Source of the DNA: Candidatus Bathyarchaeota archaeon
GTDB taxonomy: Archaea > Thermoproteota > Bathyarchaeia > Bathyarchaeales > Bathycorpusculaceae
Direction: 5' to 3'
Length of the DNA stretch: 64,000 nt
Assembly: GCA_963777155.1 (NCBI GenBank)
Contig: CAVZPM010000036.1
Coordinates: 1 to 64,000 of the forward strand
The notes beneath the pieces were generated by a model, which searched no databases, was not told the origin of the DNA, and saw only the letters and a program-made list of their open reading frames with translations. Shown here in pieces: positions 38,744-48,307 of the stretch (the first letter of the stretch is position 1; the number at the start of each line of letters is the position of its first letter). Position numbers and translations under genes: made by a program.

Positions 38744-39097
38744 TCATTTTTTGACTTTCTCTTTGTGCCCAAAATGCCGACCAACATAAACCAGGATAAT
38801 AATACTCCACATTGCGCCTAATGCTATTAACACCAGTTTAGCTAGTTGTGTAATGTCGAATTGGGATATGGCTTCAGCAAACGATTGGCCACCAAGCGAT
38901 AGGGGTGAGCCAGGCATAACTTTGGGGGTCGGAGTAGGAGTTGGCACTGGAGTGGATGTTGTGATGGGGGTGGGCGAGGAGGTGGGTTGGGTAGTTTGGG
39001 CCAAGGTCGTATGAATGTTAGCAATCAGAAACATGATGGTCAGCAAGATTGTGGCAATAAGCGCTAACCCGACGAGTTTTCTTATGCTTCCACCCAC
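38744..39097 (-). CDS. Small exported/membrane protein with PT-rich linker
   Basis: N- and C-terminal hydrophobic helices flanking TPTPTP. Confidence 0.6.
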   Translation of the reverse strand: MGGSIRKLVGLALIATILLTIMFLIANIHTTLAQTTQPTSSPTPITTSTPVPTPTPTPKVMPGSPLSLGGQSFAEAISQFDITQLAKLVLIALGAMWSIIILVYVGRHFGHKEKVKK

Positions 39098-39156
39098 TCT
39101 TGATAATGGCGGCTTAGAAATTTAAAACTATTCAAAAAATCAAAAATAAAAAGAAA

Positions 39157-41982
39157 CTAAGCCGGTGTGGCTTCTCGTGGTTCCCGAACGACTTTTTTGC
39201 CTTGAGAAACCGAGATGTCCTGCAACTGTTTTTCCTGTTTTGTTTGTGGTGGTTCAGGGAGCTTTTGTTGTATGCAGCGAAAGTCAATGTCTTCTTCTTT
39301 CAGGTTGAGTTCGGCTTTGACGGTGCCATCATTTAAGTATTCAATCTTGAAGCCCATCTTCTTTGACAAGCTTAAGGCACGGTAGTTGTCCTGCAGGATG
39401 ATCGAGTGGACGCTTTCCATGCCCCTTTCCTTTGCGATGTCAAGCACATAATCGACCATTTTTGTGCCTAACCCTAAGCCTTGCCAATAATCGCTAACAA
39501 GGAAAGCGATTTCACCGCTTTTCTCATCAGATTCGATGCTTAAACGGGTTACGCCAAGGATTCTTCTTTTACCGTTTTCAACGATTTCGGCGACTATAGC
39601 AATTTCACGATCATAGTCAATGTTGCAATAGCGGACTCGGACTTCATGTGGTGTATCTTTCAACATCTGGAAGAAACGATACCGTATAGATTCTTCTGAG
39701 AGGCTTTGGAACATTTCAAGCCATAGTGGTTCATCTTCAGGTTTTATGGGGCGAAGTAATACTTCTTGTCCATTTTTGAGCAGCCAGAGTATTTCGTATT
39801 TTTTGGGGTATGGACTTATGACCATGTGTTCATGGGGTTCAAATTTCTTGCAGACGTTGTCTTTGTTGATAACTATGCGGGCGTCAAGGATTGTTGCGTC
39901 TTTCTCGCTGACAAGTAGGGGGTTTATGTCTATTTCTTTTATCTGTGGGAAATCAACTAGCAGTTGTGAGAACATCAGTACGGTTTCGTCAAGTTTTTTA
40001 AGGTCTACTGGCGGTGCGTTTCTCCAGCCTTTGAGTAGACGATAGACTTTGGTTTCTTCCATAATTCGGTGTATTAAGGTTGTGTTTAACGGGGGCAGAC
40101 CAATCGAGGTGTCTTTGAAGAGCTCCACGCCTACACCACCGCTACCGAAGAGGATAACGGGACCAAACACGGGGTCGGTTTTTCCGCCGATGATTAGTTC
40201 ATAGCCCTTCTTCTCAATCATAGGTTGAACGGTGACGCCGATTATTTGGGCATTCGGGTTGTAGGCTGTTGCTCTCTGGATCAATAGTTCGAAGGCGCTT
40301 CGGACTTCGTCCGGGGAGTTAACGTTTAGGATTACTCCGCCTGCATCGCTTTTATGAACGATCTGCGGTGACAGAATCTTGAGCACCACTGGGAAACCCA
40401 TTTCCTGCGCGAATGCCACCGCCTCGTCAACGTTGTTTGCGACTGAGGTTTTTACGACTGGGAAATTGTAGTATTTAAGTATCTTTTTAGCTTCGTCTTC
40501 GGTAAGGATTTCGCGATCTTCAAACGCAGCGTTTCGCAGGATTGCCATTATTGGGCGTTTAGGTGGGGCAGCATCAACGGGCAATTCTTCTGGGGTTTCG
40601 TATAGAAGATCTATGTTACGTTGGTAATCGTACATGTACATGTATGTTCTAACGGCTTGTTCGGGTGTTGAGTACGTGGGGATATTGTTGGCGTTTAGGA
40701 TGCTGTTTGCCTCCTGAACGGCACCATAACCCATAAACGAGGTGAGGATTGTCTTGTTCTGGAAGGTCTTATTGCGAACAAGTTCAACAATATTTTTTGA
40801 GATTTCAACTGATTCTGAAACAGCCTGTTGAGTGAAAACAATCAAAATACCATCAATGTTTTCATCATTTAAGCAGGCTTCAACCGCTGCTTTGTACCTT
40901 TCAGACTTGGCATCTCCAAGGACATCGATGGGGTTGCCGTGGCTCCAAAACGGAGGTAGAACAGCGTTAAGAGAATCCATCGTTTTCTGGCTTAGCTTAG
41001 CCAATTTGCCGCCCTGAGCAATCAATGCGTCAGTCGCCATGACGCCGGGTCCACCAGCGTTGGTGATTATGGCTAATCTTGGTCCCTTTGGTAACGGTTG
41101 GGTTCCTAGAACCTCCGCTGCATTAAACAAGTCAGCTATCTCGTTGACACGGACAATACCCGCGCGTTTGAATGCCGCATCGTAGATTCCATCTTCGCCA
41201 GATAGTGAACCCGTGTGAGAAGCCGCGGCTTTGGCACTCTCAGAAAACTTGCCCGACTTTACAACGATTATGGGTTTTGTTCTTGCGAAGTGTCTTGCAG
41301 CACTCATAAATTTGCGGGCTTCAGTTATGCCCTCCACATACATTAGGATACTTTTGGTTTTGGGGTCTGATCCAAAATAATCGATCAAGTCGCCAAAATC
41401 TACATCAATCATGGAGCCTACAGAGACAAAGTTGCTGAATCCAATATTTTCATGTAGAGCCCAGTCAAGGATTGCAGAACCCAAAGCGCCACTCTGTGAC
41501 AGAAAAGCTACGTTGCCGGCTTTGGGCATTTTATCTAGGAAGGTAGCATTCAAATTGTTTCGGGGACGAATTATTCCGATGCAGTTGGGACCAATTATTC
41601 GGATGCCGTATTTCTTGGCGATTTCTAGAGTTTTTTCTTCAAGCGCTTTGCCCGCTGGCCCAGTTTCTTTGAAGCCAGCTGAAACTATTATTGCTCCTTT
41701 GACTTTTCCTTTTCCGCATTCCTCCATCACGTCTGGAACGGTTTTGGCTGGAGTAGCGATTATGGCTAAGTCAACAGGCTCAGGAACCTGATCCACTGTC
41801 GGGTAGGTTTTAACTCCTAGAATTTCTGGTTTACGAATGTTAACAAAGTAAACTTTTCCAGTGTAACCCATTTGGGTAAAATTTTTAACTATGGCGTAAC
41901 CGACAGACCCTTCAACGTCGCTGGCTCCAATGATGGCTACATTTTGAGGATTGAAGATCTTGTCAAGGTTTGTGGTGACCAT
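39157..41982 (-). CDS. ADP-forming acyl-CoA synthetase (alpha+beta) fused to a C-terminal GNAT domain (Pat/Pka-like)
   Basis: IIGPNCIG, SQSGA, AASHTGSL, TNAGGPG, VHKSDAGGV, DINPL; GNAT part LRPIKPED...WQGLGLGT. Confidence 0.92.
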   Translation of the reverse strand: MVTTNLDKIFNPQNVAIIGASDVEGSVGYAIVKNFTQMGYTGKVYFVNIRKPEILGVKTYPTVDQVPEPVDLAIIATPAKTVPDVMEECGKGKVKGAIIVSAGFKETGPAGKALEEKTLEIAKKYGIRIIGPNCIGIIRPRNNLNATFLDKMPKAGNVAFLSQSGALGSAILDWALHENIGFSNFVSVGSMIDVDFGDLIDYFGSDPKTKSILMYVEGITEARKFMSAARHFARTKPIIVVKSGKFSESAKAAASHTGSLSGEDGIYDAAFKRAGIVRVNEIADLFNAAEVLGTQPLPKGPRLAIITNAGGPGVMATDALIAQGGKLAKLSQKTMDSLNAVLPPFWSHGNPIDVLGDAKSERYKAAVEACLNDENIDGILIVFTQQAVSESVEISKNIVELVRNKTFQNKTILTSFMGYGAVQEANSILNANNIPTYSTPEQAVRTYMYMYDYQRNIDLLYETPEELPVDAAPPKRPIMAILRNAAFEDREILTEDEAKKILKYYNFPVVKTSVANNVDEAVAFAQEMGFPVVLKILSPQIVHKSDAGGVILNVNSPDEVRSAFELLIQRATAYNPNAQIIGVTVQPMIEKKGYELIIGGKTDPVFGPVILFGSGGVGVELFKDTSIGLPPLNTTLIHRIMEETKVYRLLKGWRNAPPVDLKKLDETVLMFSQLLVDFPQIKEIDINPLLVSEKDATILDARIVINKDNVCKKFEPHEHMVISPYPKKYEILWLLKNGQEVLLRPIKPEDEPLWLEMFQSLSEESIRYRFFQMLKDTPHEVRVRYCNIDYDREIAIVAEIVENGKRRILGVTRLSIESDEKSGEIAFLVSDYWQGLGLGTKMVDYVLDIAKERGMESVHSIILQDNYRALSLSKKMGFKIEYLNDGTVKAELNLKEEDIDFRCIQQKLPEPPQTKQEKQLQDISVSQGKKVVREPREATPA

Positions 41983-42120
41983 TATTTAACCTCTGCTTAG
42001 GGTCGTATAATGCCATAAATTAAAGGTTACTGTTCCAGAATCAGTATTTTCCACTACAAAATACGGCTCAAAGGTCAAAAAGAACGTTTTGGGGGGGATT
42101 ATATATTCATGAAGACTAAG

Positions 42121-42567
42121 TCACTGGAAATACTTTTTGATTTCATCCAATGATAGAACAGCAACGCCTGCCGCAGTCAACATTTGCTCTGCCCGTTCAA
42201 CATTACTTGGCCGCAGAATCAACGCAACTTTCCCATCTAAATGAACCGCTGAAGAATATGCATACTCAATGTTTATGCCGCCGTCGCCTAAAATTTTCGT
42301 AATTTTTGAGAGCGTGTTTTGTTCTGAGATGAAAGTGGCGGTTACTTCCGTGTTCTTCTTTGATTTGGCAAGATTGAACTCTGCGTCCTCCAAAAGCTTA
42401 GAAGCTTTCTGTGGTTCCTCAGTTATCAAACGAACCAAGCCGAATTCGCCTGCATCAGCAATAGACAATGCGAAGACCTTGATTTTGTTTTTGTCAAGCT
42501 GTGACATCGTATCGAATAGTGACCCCGGATGGTTATCAAGGAAAACGCTTACTTGCGGTATAGGCAA
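42121..42567 (-). CDS. Tandem ACT-domain protein (PaaK-associated type)
   Basis: QVSVFLDNHPGSL, ALSIAD..EFG.VRLI, INIEYAYS. Confidence 0.88.
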   Translation of the reverse strand: MPIPQVSVFLDNHPGSLFDTMSQLDKNKIKVFALSIADAGEFGLVRLITEEPQKASKLLEDAEFNLAKSKKNTEVTATFISEQNTLSKITKILGDGGINIEYAYSSAVHLDGKVALILRPSNVERAEQMLTAAGVAVLSLDEIKKYFQ

Positions 42568-42684
42568 ACAGACACCTACAACCAGATAGTTCAGGTTGAT
42601 ATTTAACTTTTAAGGGAAAAATGGTTCTCTACCAACCTTTATATTTCCACATGAATAATTCCTTGCTGACTGGAGACAGCTACT

Positions 42685-43422
42685 TTGCTAAAATGCACCG
42701 AGGTGTCCAAGCGTTTTGGAGGACTTCAAGCATTAGGAAACGTCGACTTCATGGTCAACGATGGTGAGATAGCAGGGCTTGTTGGACCCAACGGCTCAGG
42801 TAAATCAACTCTCCTTAACCTCATTAGCGGCGTTTACAAACCCGACTCAGGAAGAATCATATTTCTAGACCAGGATATCACGAAACTCCCGCCATATAAG
42901 ATCTGTGCATTAGGCATAACCAAAACAGCTCAAACCGTTCAGTCTTTCCCTGAAATGACCGCTGCCGAAAATGTTCTGACAAGCGTGCTGTTTAATGAGA
43001 AAAAGTATAGCGGCAAAACCAACGCACTTCTACGGGCTCAGGAACTTTTGGGGTTTGTAGGACTAAGCAAAGAAAAGTTTGATTTGCCAGCAAAAAAGCT
43101 TAACGTTGTTGAGTTGCGGCGTATCCAGCTTGCCAAAGCCCTAGCAACCAACCCGAAGTTGTTGCTGTTGGACGAGTTGCTAACTGGGTTGACGCCCAAA
43201 GAATCAGATGAAGCAATAGAACTTATCAAAACAATCAACAAACAGGGCGTAACAATATTAATCGTCGAGCATGTCATGAGGGTCATTATGGGTTTGTGCA
43301 GTCGCGTAATAGTATTAAATCACGGCGAAAAAATCTGCGAAGGTGACCCCAAAACGGTGGTTTGCAACGAGAATGTTGTGAAAGTTTACTTGGGTAAACG
43401 TTTCACTTTTGGAGAGGAGTAA
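42685..43422 (+). CDS. livG: Branched-chain amino acid-type ABC transporter ATPase
   Basis: KRFGGLQA, GPNGSGKST, LLLDE, VEHVM. Confidence 0.9.
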   Translation: MLKCTEVSKRFGGLQALGNVDFMVNDGEIAGLVGPNGSGKSTLLNLISGVYKPDSGRIIFLDQDITKLPPYKICALGITKTAQTVQSFPEMTAAENVLTSVLFNEKKYSGKTNALLRAQELLGFVGLSKEKFDLPAKKLNVVELRRIQLAKALATNPKLLLLDELLTGLTPKESDEAIELIKTINKQGVTILIVEHVMRVIMGLCSRVIVLNHGEKICEGDPKTVVCNENVVKVYLGKRFTFGEE

Positions 43423-43425
43423 TAG

Positions 43426-44130
43426 ATGCTTGAAATCGCGAATTTGTCCGCAGCTTATGGCATGGTTCAGATACTCTACAATGTAGATTTCAAGGTGGAA
43501 AAAGGTGAAATTGTGAGCATCATCGGACCAAACGGAGCAGGAAAAACCACTTTGGCAAAAACAATCATGGGCTTTATGCATCCAAAAACTGGCTCAATTA
43601 AGTTTAAGGGTGAAAATATCGAGAAATTGCCCACTTACGAGATAGTCAAGAAAGGCTTGACGATGATTCCTGAAGGCAGGGAAATCTTTCCCCGAATGAC
43701 CGTCGATGAAAACCTTCAACTCGGCGCCTACAACATTGCCGACAAAGCAAAGATAAAGGAAACCAAAGAGAAAGCCTTCGATATTTTTCCAGTCTTAAAA
43801 AAGAAAGAGAAAGTGTTGGCTCAAACTCTAAGCGGTGGAGAGCAGCAAATGCTGGTTATTTGCAGAAGCCTAATGTCTAACCCTCAATTGCTAATCCTCG
43901 ATGAACCTTCGCTGGGATTGGCGCCAATTATCGTGGAGAAAGTTCTCGATACTGTGCGTACAATTAACGAGGAAGGAGTAACGGTGCTCTTGGTAGAGCA
44001 GAACATTCATGATAGCCTAACCGTAGCTGACAGAGGCTACGTTTTGGAGGAGGGCAAGATAATCTTAGAAGGGAAGAGTAGGGAACTTTTATCTAATAGT
44101 CACATAAAAGAAGTGTATCTAGGCCTTTAA
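43426..44130 (+). CDS. livF: Branched-chain amino acid-type ABC transporter ATPase
   Basis: GPNGAGKTT, LSGGEQQML, LDEPSLGLAP, LVEQN. Confidence 0.92.
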   Translation: MLEIANLSAAYGMVQILYNVDFKVEKGEIVSIIGPNGAGKTTLAKTIMGFMHPKTGSIKFKGENIEKLPTYEIVKKGLTMIPEGREIFPRMTVDENLQLGAYNIADKAKIKETKEKAFDIFPVLKKKEKVLAQTLSGGEQQMLVICRSLMSNPQLLILDEPSLGLAPIIVEKVLDTVRTINEEGVTVLLVEQNIHDSLTVADRGYVLEEGKIILEGKSRELLSNSHIKEVYLGL

Positions 44131-44149
44131 ACCAGAGAGGAAAAAGAAC

Positions 44150-45469
44150 TTGGCAGACGGCAAATACTGGAACGAAAAAATAGAAACCATGCCCACACAG
44201 GAAATAAAGAAGCTCCAACTCCAAAAACTCAAGCAACAAGTCAAACACTGCTATGAACACAGCAGCTTTTACAAGAAAAAATTTGACAGCGTCGGCCTTA
44301 AACCCCTCGACATAAAGGCTCTAGACGACTTGCAAAAGATTCCCTTCACCATAAAGAGCGATTTACGTGACAATTATCCCTTCGGTATGGTTGCCGCTAA
44401 ATCAGATGAGATTGTTGAGATTCATGCATCAAGTGGAACCACAGGAAACCCAATAATCGGAGCCTACACCCAGAGCGACATGGACATGTGGCAGGAACTC
44501 ATGGCCCGCAGTATCTACACCACGGGCGGAAGACGCCAAGACGTCATCCACATTGCCTACGGCTATGGCTTGTTCACTGGCGGTTTAGGTTTTCATTACG
44601 GCGCTCAGAAAGTTGGCGCAAAAATCGTTCCGGCAAGCGGCGGAATGACCCAGCGGCAAATTAAACTTATGAAAGACTTAGACGTCACCATTTTAGCCTG
44701 TACACCCAGTTTCGCCGTTTACCTTGCCGAGACGATGGCTCAAGAAGGCGTTGTTCCGCAAAAGGACCTTAAACTTAGATTGGGCATGTTCGGAGCTGAA
44801 CCATGGTCGCACAAAATACGTGAAAGAATCGAAAAGGAAATGGGCATAGAAGCTTTTGACGTTTACGGCTTAACCGAGCTTTGCGGTCCAGGAGTCTCCA
44901 TAGAATGCTCCGAGCATAATGGCCTGCACATTTGGGAAGACCACTTTATTGTAGAAACAATTGACCCTGACACGGGCGAAGTGTTGCCTCAAGGAGAAGA
45001 GGGCGAACTGGTTTTTACAGCGCTTAGCAAAACAGGTTTGCCAATGCTACGCTATAGGACAAGAGACATCTCAAAAATCAATGCAGAAAAATGTGCATGT
45101 GGAAGAACACATGCCAGAATGGACAGGATAACAGGAAGATCAGACGACATGCTAATCATCCGAGGAGTAAATGTGTTCCCATCGCAAATAGAATACGCCG
45201 TTATGTGCTTCGCTGAACTCGCAACTCAATACCTAATCGTCCTTGATAGGCCAGGCGCATTAGACACTTTCGTGGTTAAGGTTGAGTTGTCTGAGAAGGC
45301 CTCCAAAGATGCGACCCTCGATAAAGCTGTCTTGATAAATGAAATCCAAAAGAGAATCCACATAGTGACAGGCATATCTGCTGATGTCCAGATCGTTAAG
45401 CCAGGTGAGCTTCCAAGGACAGAGGGCAAAGCAAAAAGGGTATTGGACTTGCGTAAAGGCAAAATGTAA
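44150..45469 (+). CDS. paaK: Phenylacetate-CoA ligase (AMP-forming)
   Basis: HASSGTTG, YGYGLFTGGLG.HYG, GAEPWS, YGLTE, RYRTRD, GRSDDMLIIRGVNVFP, EGKAKRV. Confidence 0.93.
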   Translation: MADGKYWNEKIETMPTQEIKKLQLQKLKQQVKHCYEHSSFYKKKFDSVGLKPLDIKALDDLQKIPFTIKSDLRDNYPFGMVAAKSDEIVEIHASSGTTGNPIIGAYTQSDMDMWQELMARSIYTTGGRRQDVIHIAYGYGLFTGGLGFHYGAQKVGAKIVPASGGMTQRQIKLMKDLDVTILACTPSFAVYLAETMAQEGVVPQKDLKLRLGMFGAEPWSHKIRERIEKEMGIEAFDVYGLTELCGPGVSIECSEHNGLHIWEDHFIVETIDPDTGEVLPQGEEGELVFTALSKTGLPMLRYRTRDISKINAEKCACGRTHARMDRITGRSDDMLIIRGVNVFPSQIEYAVMCFAELATQYLIVLDRPGALDTFVVKVELSEKASKDATLDKAVLINEIQKRIHIVTGISADVQIVKPGELPRTEGKAKRVLDLRKGKM

Positions 45470-45480
45470 AGGACAAACTT

Positions 45481-47670
45481 ATGACTTCCAAGATTGCACA
45501 AGATAAACCGGGCACCTTTGTCTTGCTTAACGGTGATGAAGCAGTTGCACGAGGCGCAGTAGAAGCTACCGTCAAAGTTGCTGCTTCATACCCCGGAACA
45601 CCTGCAACCGAAATCTTGGAAACACTCGCTGAAGTTGCGAAAGATTTTGGAATCTATGCCGAATGGAGCATTAACGAGATAGTAGCTGCGGAAGTTGCGG
45701 CGGGCGCATCAATGACTGGAGTGCGTTCGATTGTATCTATGAAACATGTAGGGCTTAATGTCGCTGCAGACGCCGCCATGACTTTAGCCTACACTGGAGT
45801 TGAAGGAGGCATGGTAATCGCTGTCTGCGACGACCCAGCACTACATAGTAGCCAAAACGAACAGGACACCCGCTTCTTTGCAGTTCATTCCAAGTTGCCA
45901 CTACTAGACGCTGGTAATCCTCAAGAAGCCCACGACATGGCAAAAGAAGCTTTCGAAATCAGCGAAAAACTCCACCTTCCTATAATTTTGCGCCTGACCA
46001 CTAGAGTCGCCCACGGAAAATCAAGGGTAAAACTTGGGACTTTCCAGAAACTTAACCGTCGAGCCAACTTTGGGAAAGACAGCTCAAAATGGGTAATGGT
46101 TCCTTCCAACGCAATACGACAGCATCGTGTTTTGGAAGGCAGGCTAGCGGAGGCAAAGGGGCTAGCTGAAAACTCAAGGTTCAACACCATAGAAGATAAC
46201 GGAAGCGAAATAGGCATCGTTGGAAGCGGAGTCGGCTATTATTATGCAAGATCAATTCTCGATTCAGCCAAGTTTTCTTGGCTAAAGCTGGGTTTCGTTC
46301 ATCCTTTCCCAGCGGAAATCGTTAGGGTATTTGCTTCTAAAGTTAAAAAAATAATAGTTATCGAAGAATTAAGACCCTATATAGAGGAGAACATTCAGAG
46401 GTTAGGTTTTCAAGTAATTGGCAAAAAAATGTTAGGGCTCGAAGAAATCGGCGAATTCACACCTGATAACATCCGATTAGCCTTTGCAAAGTTGGAATTG
46501 GCAGCTCAAGCGGAAAAACAGGAAGCCATAGATTTACCTCCACGTCCACCAGCGCTTTGCCCCGGATGCCCTCATAGAGCATTTTACTACGCCCTAAACA
46601 TGACCAACCAATACGTGAACTGTGACAACGAGAAATGTGTTGGCTGCGACATCTGCGAATATGCATGCTCTTTTGAGAAGGAAAAAATCTTCAATCCACT
46701 CAAGTCGCGGATTCGCTCAATAAGAATTAACCAAACTTTCAATACAGCTGTCACCTGCAAAGCCTGCTTGAACGCTCCATGCATCAATGCATGCCCCGAA
46801 AATGCTATAAGCCAAACAGAAAAAGGAACGATCGTTATAGATGAACAAAAATGCAAAGGCTGCGACTGGTGCATAGATGCTTGTCAATACGGAGCGTTAA
46901 CACTCCACCCCAGCAGCCACAAAGCAATTGTCTGCGACCTATGCGGGGGCGAACCAAAATGCATTCCTGCCTGCCCAGAGAGCGCATTAAGTTTGACGGG
47001 AAAATCCAGCGACAAAATCGTAACAGGCGACATCGGTTGCTACACTCTCGGTGTTTTACCTCCTGTCGGTGCAGTCCAAACTTGCCTTTGCATGGGAGCA
47101 GGAATTTCTCAAGCAGCTGGAATGATTCATGCAGGAGTTAAAGAAAAAGTGTTCGCAGTCATCGGTGACTCAACTTTTTTCCATGCAGGAATGCCGGGAC
47201 TACTAAACATAGTGTATAACAAAGCAAATGTCTGCGTTATCGTAATGGATAATAGCGTAGTTGCTATGACTGGTCATCAACCAACACCTGGCTCAGGAAA
47301 AACTGCCATGGGATTCGATGCAAAAATCATCGATATAAAAGACATCGCAAAAGCTGTCGGAATCGAAAAAGTAACCAGAGTTGATCCTTATGATCTTAAA
47401 GCTACAAGCACCGCCATACATGAAGCAATCAACTACCAAGGCCCATCAGTAATCATTTCCCAGCGAGCATGCCCACTCTTAGTTGAGAAAGGCAAACAAA
47501 GGGAAATCAAAGAAGAATGCAACGCCTGCGGCGTTTGCGTAAAAGCGTTCGGTTGCCCAGCCATAAGCTTAGTAAACGAACGGGCTGAAATCGACCCAAC
47601 CCTCTGCAACGGCTGCGGAGTCTGCGAAACCGTCTGCCCCTTCGACGCGATAAGGAGAAAAGAGATATGA
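45481..47670 (+). CDS. iorA: Indolepyruvate:ferredoxin oxidoreductase alpha subunit with an internal four-cluster Fe-S insertion
   Basis: YPGTP, MKHVGLNVAAD, SSQNEQD, LCPGCPHR, GDIGCY, IGDSTFFH, C-terminal 2x[4Fe-4S]; extra ~137 aa domain. Confidence 0.93.
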   Translation: MTSKIAQDKPGTFVLLNGDEAVARGAVEATVKVAASYPGTPATEILETLAEVAKDFGIYAEWSINEIVAAEVAAGASMTGVRSIVSMKHVGLNVAADAAMTLAYTGVEGGMVIAVCDDPALHSSQNEQDTRFFAVHSKLPLLDAGNPQEAHDMAKEAFEISEKLHLPIILRLTTRVAHGKSRVKLGTFQKLNRRANFGKDSSKWVMVPSNAIRQHRVLEGRLAEAKGLAENSRFNTIEDNGSEIGIVGSGVGYYYARSILDSAKFSWLKLGFVHPFPAEIVRVFASKVKKIIVIEELRPYIEENIQRLGFQVIGKKMLGLEEIGEFTPDNIRLAFAKLELAAQAEKQEAIDLPPRPPALCPGCPHRAFYYALNMTNQYVNCDNEKCVGCDICEYACSFEKEKIFNPLKSRIRSIRINQTFNTAVTCKACLNAPCINACPENAISQTEKGTIVIDEQKCKGCDWCIDACQYGALTLHPSSHKAIVCDLCGGEPKCIPACPESALSLTGKSSDKIVTGDIGCYTLGVLPPVGAVQTCLCMGAGISQAAGMIHAGVKEKVFAVIGDSTFFHAGMPGLLNIVYNKANVCVIVMDNSVVAMTGHQPTPGSGKTAMGFDAKIIDIKDIAKAVGIEKVTRVDPYDLKATSTAIHEAINYQGPSVIISQRACPLLVEKGKQREIKEECNACGVCVKAFGCPAISLVNERAEIDPTLCNGCGVCETVCPFDAIRRKEI

Positions 47671-48254
47671 ATCTTGATATAGTTTTTAGTGGCGTGGGTG
47701 GACAAGGAGTCGTAGTTCTTAGTGACATATATTGTGAGGCTGCAATGCTTGAGGGTTTCGATGTTGCAAAAGCTGAGATTCACGGCATGGCTCAGCGTGG
47801 AGGCTCAATAGTTGCATACACAAGAATCGGCACTAAAGTTGAGTCACCCCTAATTGAGACGGGAAAAGCCGATGTCGTCGTTGGTTTTGAGATTTTGGAA
47901 ACAGCAAGAGCGCTGACTATGCTCAAAAAGAATGGCTCAGTGATTGTAAATATGAAGTATATTCCACCTAATTGTGTAGCTTCAGGCGTTAAACCTAAAA
48001 AGATAGAGGAGCTAATGATGCTGCTTCGAGCTAAGGCGCTGGTTCATGAAGTGGATGGCGTTGGCATTGCACAGAAACTGGGTAATATGCTGGTTGTTAA
48101 TACTATCCTCTTAGGTGCGCTTTCGGCGCTTCCAGAGATTCCTGTGAAGGTGGAGTCTTTCCAGAAGGCTATGGCAGGCAGGCTTAAAGAAAAATACATC
48201 AATTTGAACCTTAAAGCCTTTCAGTTAGGCAGGGAAACCGTGATAAAGAGTTAA
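47667..48254 (+). CDS. iorB: Indolepyruvate:ferredoxin oxidoreductase beta subunit
   Basis: GVGGQG, EIHGMAQRGGS, NTILLGA, NLKAFQLG. Confidence 0.93.
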   Translation: MNLDIVFSGVGGQGVVVLSDIYCEAAMLEGFDVAKAEIHGMAQRGGSIVAYTRIGTKVESPLIETGKADVVVGFEILETARALTMLKKNGSVIVNMKYIPPNCVASGVKPKKIEELMMLLRAKALVHEVDGVGIAQKLGNMLVVNTILLGALSALPEIPVKVESFQKAMAGRLKEKYINLNLKAFQLGRETVIKS

Positions 48255-48307
48255 TTTTATTAACGTTTCCTTGTGATATAGCAAAGAAAAAACAAGAGGA
48301 AAGTAAA

